The notes beneath the pieces were generated by a model, which saw nothing but the letters and a program-made list of their open reading frames with translations, did not search any database and was not told the DNA's origin. Below are positions 11,831-23,800 of a DNA stretch of 64,000 bases, piece by piece. Position numbers and translations under genes: made by a program. The DNA is taken from positions 1 through 64,000 of the forward strand of contig NW_026515675.1 in the NCBI RefSeq assembly GCF_025526975.1, in the 5' to 3' direction. The stretch's first letter is position 1; each line of letters begins with the position of its first letter. This DNA is from Fimicolochytrium jonesii (taxonomy: Eukaryota).

Positions 11831-13114
11831 ATGAGTACATCAACAGGTAGTACAGTTACCAGGAGTGAGGAAACTGCTCCTGGAGGTACAGCTGTTATTA
11901 CTGAGATCGTTGAGGAGCCGGAAACGTCGGTTGACGAACCTCGTGTTGAAGTTCCCCTTCCTCCTCCTCCTCAAACAACGGGACCTGTTCCAATGGAGGG
12001 TATCCAGGTCGGTGGACCTCCCCCACCTTCTGCTGGGAACCCGCCCGCTACGGCTATGTTGACGATCTCCGTCGCGGAGCTTAGTGCCCGAATGAAGGCT
12101 GCTGCGGCTGCCGCTCGAGCAGAAGTTCACGATCAACATGCCGAGGAACATCAGGCTCGACAGGATCGTTTGCGAGCTACGTTGGAGCGTGACTCCGCGA
12201 TGCGCCGCGATGTGCTGCAGGATGGGTCGGTGGATCCGTTCCATATTGAGCAGCGTAGACACCATGGTACATGGATCTCGCAGCATCCGTTTAATGGCAA
12301 ACGGCGCGAGGCCGCTTTTGTCGACACGTTTTTGCGGAAGCATACGGACTTCATGGTTACTTTTGGTCTTCCGATTGACGACTTGAAGTACATGCAGAAG
12401 GTATCTAGCTCGCTTGAAGGCGACGCACGTACCTGGTTCGACACCGCATGCAGGCTTGACATGCGGAAAGAGGATTTTGAAACGGCTTTCAAATTAGCCT
12501 TTTATCCTACGAACGCGAAAACCAACGCGCTCAATGCTCTGCACCGAATGACTTTTCATAAGTTGATGGATTCGTATGTGACGGAGTCCAAACGTATCGT
12601 TGCTGAGGCACAGCGCAACCTGGAGGTTATCGCTCCGGACGATTCGAATAACCTGTTCCTTTGTGGTCTTACTCGCGATAAGACCAATACCGTCGGCTAT
12701 GAGATCGCCCAGTCGTTATTGCATACGATGGTCGATTACAGGGAGCAACACCCTCTGCTCGCATTTCCATTGATTCGGTTGATGGATCGTGCGCTTAGTT
12801 CGTTTGCTGTACGTCGCCTCGCCGAGAAGGGAACCGACGCGAACGACAAAGCGGACGCTTCTAGTAGTAGTGCGCCTAAACGTGCTAATGTCTCTTCTGC
12901 CGCGGGTACTGCGGGCAAGAAGGGGGGGAAAGCTAAGAAGGCGGAAGCTACTAAACCTTACGCACGCCCAGACCTCTCGCACATGAAGTGTTTCGATTGT
13001 GGCGAGATGGGTCATCGTGCGCGAGATTGTCCTTAAAAGAAGAAGGATAAGAAGTCCGACGAGGCTAAGGATAAACCACGTTTGGACGCTGGTCAGAAAA
13101 AGGGTTTTCAGTAG
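11831..13114 (+). pseudogene. gag: C1 gag (capsid plus CCHC) with premature TAA at 13034-13036
   Basis: LEGDARTWF; CFDCGEMGHRARDC; copy C2 reads through this position to ...KKGFQ*. Confidence 0.9.
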
Positions 13115-16100
13115 AGACGCTTAATAAAGACACCGTTTATTCGTCTCATTGTGCAATGGTGTCCATTGAAGAGGAACTTGAGGCTATACGCCCTGAGTCC
13201 GCTGATGGTATACTGGTTGATTGTGGCAATACCTCTGCTGCAGGGGCGCGCCTGTGCCGGCCAGACGACACTGAAACCGTTTTGAAGACTAGGCCTGAAG
13301 CACTGCAATTGCAACCCGATGCGTTGATCGCACGATGTGCATTTGTGGTTCATGGCAGGTTGAATGGCAAGTTTTGCCGCATTCTGATCGATACGGGATG
13401 CACAACACTGATGGTAGGTCAGGGATGGATGTCGAAACATGGTTCCCAAACGTATAACCCTAAAATGCCCATTGATGTCACCTGGGGCGACGACGGCCAT
13501 ACATTCAACGCCAACAAGGACACCAGAAAGAAGTCTCAACGATTCAAAGCGGCGATGCCTGAACGTGACGACTCAAGTATAGGGGTTGTAACTTATCAGA
13601 AGTTCAATCGCTTATCTCAAAAAAAGGTGTATGGGAAATGTTTTATAGCGTACGCTATGGACATGAAAGCTGCTGTGAATGCGTCACCGGCTTACGTCCC
13701 CGAGATCAGCGCATTCGCGCCGAACCAGAGCCAGAGGTTCAAATAAGCGAAATTTCGGGACAGAAGGTTGATTTGGGCGTCCCGTCTGACCACCTTCTTT
13801 ATCCAACGTTGAAGAAGTACGTGGATAGTTTGTTTGTCGAGCACGCCGATTTGCCGCCCAATAGGGGAGAGGATAACTTCCATATTGAGCTGGAGCCGGG
13901 TACGAAACCCGTCTTTAGTCCTTTACGGCATATGAGCAAAGCCAAACTCAAAGAGCTGAATGAGAAGGTTACTCCCATGCTAGAGCGCGGTTGGATTCAA
14001 CACTCGCAGAACCCGTGGGGCGCCGCAGTGTTATTCGCTAAGAAAAAGGATGGCAGTTTACGTATGTGCATTGTTTATCGTGGGCTGAATAAAGCAACGA
14101 TAAAGGACCGTACGCTGTTACCAAATCTTGCTGAGATGCGGGATCGGGTACGTGGAAAGAAATTCAAGTCGTTGTTGGACATCAAAGATGCGTATCACCG
14201 CCTCTTAGTTCGCAAGGCTGATAGGGACAAAACAGCGTTTCGGACGCGGTTTGGCCATTTTGAGTATTTGGTTATGCCGTTTGGGCTGACGAATGCGCCA
14301 GCGACGTTCCAACGGTTAACCAATAAGATATTGGGTAAGACGTACGATGCGTATGTCATATCTTACCTAGACTATATCTTAATCTTCTCGGAAACGGCCG
14401 AGGAGCATATCGCTCATGTAAACAGCGTTTTGGCTGTTCTCGCTGAGCATAAACCCTATGTTAAGCCGTCCAAGTGCAAATGGATGCAGAAAGAGCTTGA
14501 ATTCTGCGGCCACCTCTTAGGCGAAGATACGGTGCCCATTGCACCCTCGAAATTGGACGCCGTGCGGAACTTTGCACGCCCTACGAAGCAGAAAGAGGTT
14601 CAATCTTTCTTAGGGTTGACAAATTATTTGAGTCAATACATCGATTGTTATGCATACATCGCGTATCCGTTGTGCTACAGTCGGGCAAACGGCCTTCGCA
14701 CTGGGGCAATGTCAAAGAAACGGCTGTTGTTAAGCTGAAGAAGGCTATCCTTACAGCTCCTACGCTTGCGTCGTATGACCCGGAGCAAGATTTATACGTG
14801 TTCACGGATGGGTTGGGTTTTGCAATAGGAGGATGGCTCGCCCAGCCGGCGGACCCAGCGGAGCACTACCCATCACCGTTGCCTACCTCAGTGAAGGGAT
14901 TTAAGAATCCGCCACCGTTAAAGCCGATAGCTTTCTTTGGGCGAAAGGTGCAGTCCGCTGAAAAACTTTACCCCATGCACGAACAAGAGCTATTAGCTCT
15001 GGTTAGCATATGCAAGGCGAACAGGCATTACTTGCAGGATCGGATGAATGACCGCCCGTTTTGTGCGTTCACCGATCACGCTAGTTTGGTCTGGCTCCAG
15101 ACACAGCCCTTCCTGAGCCATTGCCAAGCACAATGGGTTGAATTCCTGCAAAAATTCAAATTTGATATTGAATATCAACCTGGTCGCTGGAACACCGTCG
15201 CGGATGTGTTGAGTCGTAATCCTTATTACGCTCCTCGCTGCGCCGAGTGTAACAAGCGAGTTGAAATCGCTGCGGCCATGGGGATGTCCGTTGAGTATAT
15301 TCCTTTGGGGAATGTTACGCTTAACGATTGAATACGAACCTTGGAGGCTGATGAGTACTTGGCTTTCCGGAAAGAGGCGTTGTCACAGCCGAAGGAACAA
15401 CATTCTACATTCGATTGCCGTTTTTCGATCGATGACTATGGTCGTTTACTGTACCACGATAAGTTCTATGTGCCAGCTGCTTTACGAGGGACTATATTGC
15501 AGGCGTACCACGACTCGTTGCTCTCCGGCTCGCATACGGGGGTACAAGGTACATTGGGCAAGCTCCTACGTGAGTTTGACTGGCGCGATATGGACGCAGA
15601 TGTGAGAGGGTACATCAAGACTTGTGGGTCTTGCCAAAGGTTCAAGTTGCCGAAGAATAAGCGTGTTGGCTTACTTCGTTTGCTCCCAGTTCCCGACCGA
15701 CGTTGGCACACGATGGATATGGACCCTGTCTCGATGCCAATAACCCAGTCGTGGGGGGGGCAGGTGCATAGTGATGCGTTTTACGACAGTGTCATTGTCT
15801 TCATCGACTATCTGTCAGGGCGCGCATACTTTATACCTGCGAAATCCACGATAACTGCCGAGAAGTTGGCACAGCTTTACTTCCGTGAGGTATGGCGCCA
15901 TACAGGTACTGCAGCTGTGATTGTCGGAGATCGAGATCCCCGCTACCTGGTAAACTTCTGGAAGGCATTTCAATCGTTGTTGGGCTCTAAGCAGAGCTTG
16001 AGCACGGCACGACACCAAGAGACGGACGGAAAGGTCAAAGGGTGTATTTCTATCTTGAAGAAGATGATTAAACCGTACCTTAATGTAACGGGAGACGATT

Positions 16101-16963
16101 GGGTTGACAAACTACCGATGTTGGAGTTTGCCTACAACCATCCCCAGAACAGGACTGGATACTGCCCTTTCGAGGTTAATTCGGGTAGAATTCCGCAGGC
16201 GCCGATGCATTGGCAGGTTGACGCAAAAGTGTTGCAACGTATGGACGATGCGTCGATCCCATTCTTGCATAAGTCACGACGTGAGCTTATCAAACAGATG
16301 GAGAAGCGTGCTGAGGCATACCGATCCATTGAACTCATAGTGCAGCAGAAACTGCGGGAAGCCCAGGACAAACAAGCAAAGTATCACGATCGTGGACGTC
16401 GTGTACAGAGCTTTGGTCCAGGAGATAAAGTCCTGTTGAACAGCGACGGGATAACGATCCCTGCTTTGAATAAGAAGCCGCTCAAGTTTAGACAGAGCTG
16501 GCTGGGACCCTTCATCGTGAAGAAGGAAGGACCACACCCGGAAACGTACAAGTTAGAGCTGCCAGCTTTAATGGGCGCTTTATACCCGGTCTTCCATACG
16601 GATATCTTGAAGCCTTGGCACGAGCCGACTTCAGATCCGCTGCGCATCGACGATGTAGAGGACTCTAACCCAGAGCCCGTCCAAGTCGAAGGCGAGGAAG
16701 AATACTATGTTGATAAGATTATCGGATGTAGGTTGGTCCATGGAAAACCTGAGGATCTCGTTCAGTGGGTCGGTTACCCACCTGAGCAGACTACATGGGA
16801 AGCGCACGAGCAAGTGAAAGACTGCGCTGCGTTAGACGACTTCATCTTGGTCCATGGTGAAGTAGAATCCGTTACAGATAAGCGACAGCGGAAGCGCTCT
16901 AAGGGAACTGAGCTCTGCGACGCAAGAGTGCACGGTTGGCTGGAGACCATGAATGATCTGTAG
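13102..16963 (+). pseudogene. pol: C1 pol (PR-RT-RH-IN-chromodomain), disrupted
   Basis: LIDTGC; MPFGLTNAP; YLDY (degenerate YLDD); HEQELLA; H-H-C-C; DRDPR; chromodomain; frameshifts near 13740 and 14680, stop at 15329. Confidence 0.93.
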
Positions 16964-17460
16964 CCGGATGGGACCTTCTGTCTAATAAAAACATCGGATA
17001 TGTTGTAGAGAAGTTCTCGTTCACAATATCTTTGGGCATAAGTCAAAGCTGTGAAAGGGATTGCAACGTGCTACACAAAACGAGTGTTAACACAACCCCT
17101 TGATGGTAAACGACATCCGCATTGGGTAAATGCGTTTACGGCCGCCGTCCGTAACGAGTAAGCAGGAACTGATCACTCCTGGAGACTCGGTGGTGTGTAT
17201 GCCCGGAGGTACACATAGGCGTTGACTCTGAACAACAGAGCTTTGTTGGCTCAGTGGATGCGTATATCCATTGCCCAACAACTTGTATTAGGCAACGTGC
17301 GATACGGCACACCCGTTGCATTCACAGCTGGGATATCCGCTGCCGGTAGCAGGTAGCGTGGATGGCAAACACCATTAAGTTAGAATGGCTTGCAAACGTC
17401 GCCACCCACGACGGTCTTCTGGAAAGTTTTCCTGAATGACACACTACTCTGACCTTCAGT

Positions 17461-17523
17461 TGCAGAACCATGGTTATTTTGCTGCATAACCATGGTTATT
17501 CGCTGCACAACCATGGTTATTTG
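17461..17523. repeat. 3 tandem 21-22 bp repeats with palindromic core AACCATGGTT
   Basis: TGCAGAACCATGGTTATTTTGC / TGCATAACCATGGTTATTCGC / TGCACAACCATGGTTATTTGG. Confidence 0.9.
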
Positions 17524-17645
17524 GACTGACCACAACAAGGACCAGTAAGGATTGCGCTGGGTGCGATCCCGGACACCTTCATATTCTACTCTGCTTGAGC
17601 TTGCTGGGCAGGTTCACGTCGTAGATCTTGGGGGGGTGTAATGTG

Positions 17646-18692
17646 GAGTGTCCGGTCTTTTTGGGGAAGGACACGTCGCGTCTGCGAGAGTGGTACAATA
17701 CGACTTACGCCGCCGCGAGTTGGACAGCTTTTCAAACAGCTCTTGTCGCTCACTTTTACCGTTGCAACTTGCGTAATACTATTGAGCTCAAGCTCTCCGG
17801 CCTCAAGCTCGGTGACTCTCTCGAAAAATATATCGAGGAGTTTCAAGACACCAATAATGCGCTCGAAGCCGCTCATCGTCTCGGGAACACTCAAGGCACC
17901 ATTCCCCTTATTGATCAGATTCGATACTGCAAGGCCGGTCTTCTCAAGAATACGGTAATCGGTCATTATCTCGCTGAAGCCGTTACAAACTTTGAAGTCT
18001 CAAGCACTACCAACATCAACACCCCTATCACTCTCGCTCACGCTATCACTGCAGCCCGTCGTGCTCATGTGGCTCATGGGTTCACTGACGGCAACCAAGC
18101 CAATACACCTCGTCCGATTGCCTCGGCAACAAGTGCTCGTGGCGGCTGTGGAGCCAGTCGCGGTCGAGGTAGTCGTGGCGGAGGTTGTGGCGGATGATTC
18201 GCCCCTTACACCAATCCTCGAATTACGGAATTCGAGCAAGACTTAGATGATATGACCTTTGGGCTAAATGCCCTCGGTACGTCATACTATCCCCCTGGAC
18301 TGAGTCGTCTCACTACAGGACAAGTTCCCTACCAACGTGAACAGCCCTTTCGTCGACGTGGATAATGGCAAACTACTTATCATCCTTGTCAACGTCCAAC
18401 GACTCCTTGGCCCCTTTGTAACAAAATGGGACATTGGAGAGTGGAATGCTGGTCAAATCCCGAAAATCGACAGCAAGGCTCGCAAACCCAGAACCGACGC
18501 GGTGGTTTTCGACAGCGCGGTCATGGCGCTCAAACTCCGCAGCGCAGTCGCCAACCTAATCAACAACAAGGTTCAGCCAATCAGGTTGATGCTGGGTCAC
18601 GCATTACGGAAATTCTCAATGACGCCGTCAACTCTGCAAATACTACGAATACTACTACAAATCAATCTTCGAGTTTTTTCCAAGGTCGATAG
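17646..18692 (+). pseudogene. gag: Gypsy gag fragment, probably family B (copy B4)
   Basis: SWTAFQTALVAHF...LEKYIEEF; degenerate knuckle (W)PLCNKMGHWRVEC; ends in slippery T TTT TTC; contiguous with B RT-connection sequence after a large deletion. Confidence 0.8.
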
Positions 18693-19887
18693 AGCCCCTC
18701 GGTAGCTCCTCGAAAATCCAAGCTATCAAGAATTGGGCTACTTCAAAGTCAACCAAAGGAGTCCAAAGCTTTGTCGGGTTCACGAACTACTTCCTCGACT
18801 TCGTACAAGGTTATTCGGACATCGCTCTGCCCCTATCAAGCATTCAATCTTCGAAAGTCAAATTTCGATGGGGTCCTGAGCAACAAGAGGCATTTCAAAA
18901 GTTGAAAGAAGCGTTGATCAATGCGCCTACGCTAGCAACAATCGATGAAACCAGGCCGATTTACGTCTATACCAACTCATCAGGCTACGCTATCGCTGGC
19001 TGGATTGGACAACCTTCTGGCGATGAAACGATCCCTACAAATCTGCCTACTCTCGTCGGACAATGGAAGAAGTTACCTCGGCTCCGGCCTGTGGTCTTCT
19101 TTTCTAGAAAGATGAAGGACGCAGAAACTCAATATCCTACGCACGAACAGGAGCTTTTAGCTCTGGTCAAGATGTTGGTCGCCAATCGACCACATCTCAT
19201 CGGTCGTTACTTCCGATGTTTTAGCGATCACAAGGGCCTCGAATTCATCCAAACGCAACCCCATTTGAGCAGAAGACAAGCCAATTGGGTGGAGAACCTA
19301 CAAGAGTGTTATGGACGACGCGTCCATACCATGCGCTTACCTCATGACAGCATCCCAAAAGTCAGTCAATGTCAATTCCCTGTCAAAACCTGACATCTGC
19401 CAAACCTCGCAGCCGCACGCAGCCGCGCTACCCCACACCTGCCACTGCCTTCATTTCTGCACGCAGCCGCACGTGGCCACACCTCCCAACACTCGGCGCT
19501 TACAAACCCTTCTCCATACTTCCCCACGTACCCGCCCACAGCCTCAGCGTAGCCACCCCATCCCCAGTCTTCTGTTTCTATGCTTCCCCACCCTTGGCGC
19601 TTCTCTTGGCTTCCCTCTCATTCCGTACCCTTCTGCTTCCCCACGCTTCCCCAGCCTTCCCAGAAAAGCATAAATAGCCGCCTCCCCTGGGCTCCCCACT
19701 TCCTGATCCCCCAGCAGATCAACACCAGTTCTTCCTAGTCTTGTTCTAGTTCTTGTTTCGGTCTGAATACCATTACCTGTCAACAACCTGCACCACAAGT
19801 CGCCTCTATTTCCGTCGGCTCCGCCCATTCTTAACAGTTTGATCTGCTCAACAACCCCCAGCCGCTGTGCCTCCACGCCAAATCACC

Positions 19888-20817
19888 ATGTCCGACGCCC
19901 TTCCCCTCACGGCCGAAGCCTGGCAAGCCATGTGCAATGCGATTGACGAACTTCGAGCACAGAATACCACCCTACAAGCCGAACTAGCGCAAACCCAGAC
20001 CACTGCCCCTGCCACCCACGCCCCCGAACCCAAATTCAAGCTCCCAGACAAATTCGATGGCACCCGAAGCAAGTTCCGTGGGTTCCTCAACCAGATCCGG
20101 CTCATGTTCGCCCTCCAACCCAGGCGCTACCCCAATGATCAGACCAAGATACGAACTATTGGCACCTACTTCACTGGCACCGCCCAGGCCTGGCTGGCGC
20201 CCCTTGTCGAACAAGACCATCATTCCCTTACGAACCTGGATGATTTCATCCAGCAAATGCAAGCAGTCTTTGGAGACAGCGACAGGATCCGCACATCCGA
20301 AAACAAGCTCCAGAACCTTCGACAAACCCGTGCAGCAACAGAGTATGTAGCTGAATTCCGACAGCTGCAATGCGATGTGTTGTGGAATGACCAGGCATTG
20401 ATTGCCACCTTCCGTCGCGGCCTCAAAGAAGACAGACGTCAAGGACTTAATGCTCACGATGCCCCCTACCGCCTCAATCGACACCGTGATGGAACAGGCC
20501 ATCCAATGTGACAACCGATTGTTTGAGCGCCGTCTAGAGCGAAGCAGGAACCGACAGCCATATGTGCCAGTTACCACTAGCCCCACCCTCATGAGCCCCG
20601 ACAACCGCCCAGACGACCCTATGATCATTGACGCTGCTCGTCCGCGAGGACCCCTCACACCGCTAGAGCGCCAACACCGCATCACAAACAAACTTTGCCT
20701 CTACTGTGGTAAACCCGGCCATTTACCAAACTCTGCCCGAACAAGATACGCACGGCGAATGTTGCGGTTAAAGAACCTGCACCCATCCAGGATTTTGCCC
20801 AAGTCCAGCTGCAGTAA
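19888..20817 (+). pseudogene. gag: A2 gag, with two small frameshifts (near 20432 and 20722)
   Basis: PDKFDGTRSKFRGFLNQI; CLYCGKPGH; intact in the 60165-61091 copy. Confidence 0.92.
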
Positions 20818-23800
20818 AGGCCGAGCAGCTGGGCAACACCTGTCCTGGGCCTTCTCACCACGCAAGTACTGCCAAGGGAGAAGCCACAAAACCTTGCTCC
20901 GATCCTGGCATCTCCAGCAACACCCTTCTCCTGACCACCAACAATGTCAATCTCCTATCTGAGATACCCTCACCCATGCGGACTTTGGGCCCATCCTCAC
21001 CATTCGAGTACCCTGTTACCCTGCAGATATCGGCCCAGCGAGCTCCAGTTCAGCTTTCAGCACTACTCGACACCGGTGCGATGTCGTGCTTCATCGACGA
21101 AAGTTATGCCCGCAAGCACCGCATCCCACTTGTCAAGAAGGAGGACCCCATTGCGCTTGAACTGGTTGACGGACGTCCCAGCCATGCGGGCTCCATTACC
21201 CATCACACCCAACCTTTGGGCATGTGGGTCAACGACCATTTTGAGGAGGTGGTATTCCATGTGACATGTTCCCCGCATGCGCCAATCATCCTGGGGCTTC
21301 CCTGGTTTGAGCTCCATGATGTGGAGCTACACTGGAAGACTCGCACTCTTTGCGTCCGCTGCCATTGCGGTTTTGGACAATACGCCTCCTGGGATGCCCT
21401 GCCAACAGAACCTAGCCCGAAGCCCTCAAAAACCCCTGAACCTCTGATCCGTATCCATCAAGACGAGATTTCAGTCTCCCTAGCCCAGACACCCAACACA
21501 CTGGACCCAGCACCCACACCGATCCACGTATCGTTTATCAGCGCCCCAGCTTTCTGTGTGGCGGCAAGGCATGACCAGGCATTCATTGCCTACGCCAATC
21601 CGACCAAGTCAGATTCCCAAGCCCTGGCGACCACTCCTCCAAAAGATCCGAAGGCCATCAATCCTGAAGAATACCAAGATTTTGCGGACGTCTTCGCCAA
21701 GAAGAACGCGGATACCCTCCCAGAGCACCGACCCTACGACTGTCCCATCGACTTAGAAGAGGGCAAACAGCCACCGTTCGGCCCGATCTATAGTCTCAGC
21801 GAGCCTGAAATGCAGGCACTCTGTGACTACCTTGAAGAGAACCTAGCTAAGGGGTTCATCAAGCACTCCAAGTCTCCCGCCGGTGCCCCAGTCCTCTTTG
21901 TCAAGAAAAAGGACGGTTCCCTCCGTCTGTGCGTCAACTATCGTGGACTCAACAATATCACCATCAAGAATCGCTATCCCTTGCCCTTGATTAACAGCAT
22001 CATGGATCGTCTTCGAGGGGCACGCCGGCTCACCAAGATTGACCTCCGGGGAGCCTACAACCTTCTTCGGATCCGGCCAGGGGATGAATGGAAGACAGCG
22101 TTCCGATGTCGCTACGGCCTATTCGAGTATAATGTCATGCCGTTTGGGCTCACCAATGCCCCTGGAGTATTCCAACACCTCATGAACGACATATTCCGTG
22201 ACATTCTCGACGTTTTTGTTGTGGTCTACCTTGACGACATTCTGATCTTCTCAAAAAACCCAGAAGACCACCCCAACCACGTCCGAGAGGTGCTCTCACG
22301 ACTCCGCCAGCACGGGCTGTATGCGAAACCGGAAAAATGCGAATTCAACCGTGACTCTGTTGAGTTCCTGGGGTTTATCATCTCCCAGCAAGGCATTTCC
22401 ATGGACCCAAAGAAGACGGCTGCCATTACCGAATGGGAACCCCCGACGAATGTCAAAGGCATCCAGCGCTTCCTTGGTTTTGCCAACTTCTACCGGCGAT
22501 TCATCAAAGGGTACTCTGCGATCGTTGCACCCCTGACCACGCTCACTCGCAAAGACTTGCCATTCAAATGGACCCACGCTGCACACCTAGCTTTTGAAAC
22601 CCTCAAGAAAGCCTTCACCTCCGCACCTATCCTGACTCACCCCGACCCTGACAAGCCCTTCATTGTCGAATCCGATGCCTCCGACTTTGCCCTTGGCGCC
22701 GTCCTCCTTCAACCCGATGACACAGATCAACTCCACCCCGTGGCCTTTCACTCCCGCAAATTTACTCCTGAGGAAATCAACTATGAGATCTACGACAAGG
22801 AACTCCTGGCTATCCAAGACTCATTTGCTCAATGGCGACACCACCTCATTGGTGCCCGCCACAAGGTCATCGTTTACTGTGACCACAAGAACCTCCAGTA
22901 CTTCATGACTACCCGTACCCTCAACCGCCGCCAATCCCGCTGGTCAATCTTCTTTGCTGATTTCGACTTTGTCATCACATACCGCCCTGGTACCCAGCAA
23001 CACCAAGCTGACGCCCTCTCTCGTCGCTCTGAATACGAGCTAAGGGAGGGGGAAGAAGCATTCCGCTCCCAGGAAACCACGATCCTCACCCCTGACCATC
23101 TCCGCCTGGCCGCCACTTATCTGACCCCACTGGACTCCTCGCTCCTTGACCAAATCAAAGCTGCCCTGGCATCCGATGTGTTTGCGCAAACCATCCGGCG
23201 ACAGCTTAGGGCCCCCATTGCCCAGCAATCTCAAGAAGGCCAAGAACGGATAAAGCGATTCTCCGAGGAAAATGGGGTTCTGCTGTACGACAACCTTGTC
23301 TACGTCCCCACCAACAAGCTCCGTGCTGAGATCTGCCGGGACATGCATGACACGCGTTTGGCAGGACACTACGGCATGTCAAAGACCCTGGAGCTCATCT
23401 CACGCAACTACTGGTGGCCTAGCCAATGGCGTTTTGTCAAGTCCTACATCAGGTCCTGCGACGAATGTGCTCAAGCCAAGACCAGCAGACACAAGCCCTA
23501 CGGTCTCCTCCAACCCCTGCAGGTCCCTGACCGCCCCTGGTGGTCAATTTCCATGGACTTCATTACGGATCTACCCGCCAGTGATGGGGTTGATTCTGTG
23601 CTCGTTGTCATCTGCCGGTTCACCAAGATGGCGCACTTTGTACCGTGCAGGAAAACTGCCACCGCTGAGTCAACTGCAGATCTGATCTGGTACCATGTCA
23701 TCCGGCTCCATGGACTCCCCGACGATATTGTGTCTGACCGTGGCCCACAGTTCAACTCCCACTTCTGGAAACGTCTCTTCGCTCTCCTGGGAACCAAGGT

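Larger units (their letters stand above)
10389..17645 (+). mobile_element. Family C chromovirus, near full length (copy C1): 5' LTR, 1.1 kb leader, gag, pol, 3' UTR, PPT, 9-bp stub of 3' LTR
   Basis: LTR 10389-10723; PBS-like TGGTAGCACC at 10724; G-tract 17630-17636 followed by TGTAATGTG. Confidence 0.92.

Noticed and set aside
10389..17645. C1 as an integrated, circularly permuted one-LTR circle (AATGTG at both ends)
   Set aside because: The flanks are unrelated (copia integrase versus gypsy gag). The left LTR is full length with two mutated bases, and its TSD partner is at 40995-40991.
19311..19876. Recurrent 100-160 aa ORFs in A2, A1 and E LTRs (for example MDDASIPC..., MSNANVNV...)
   Set aside because: They recur only because the LTRs are repeated; they are low complexity, and the frame changes with a 1-bp indel between A2 copies.
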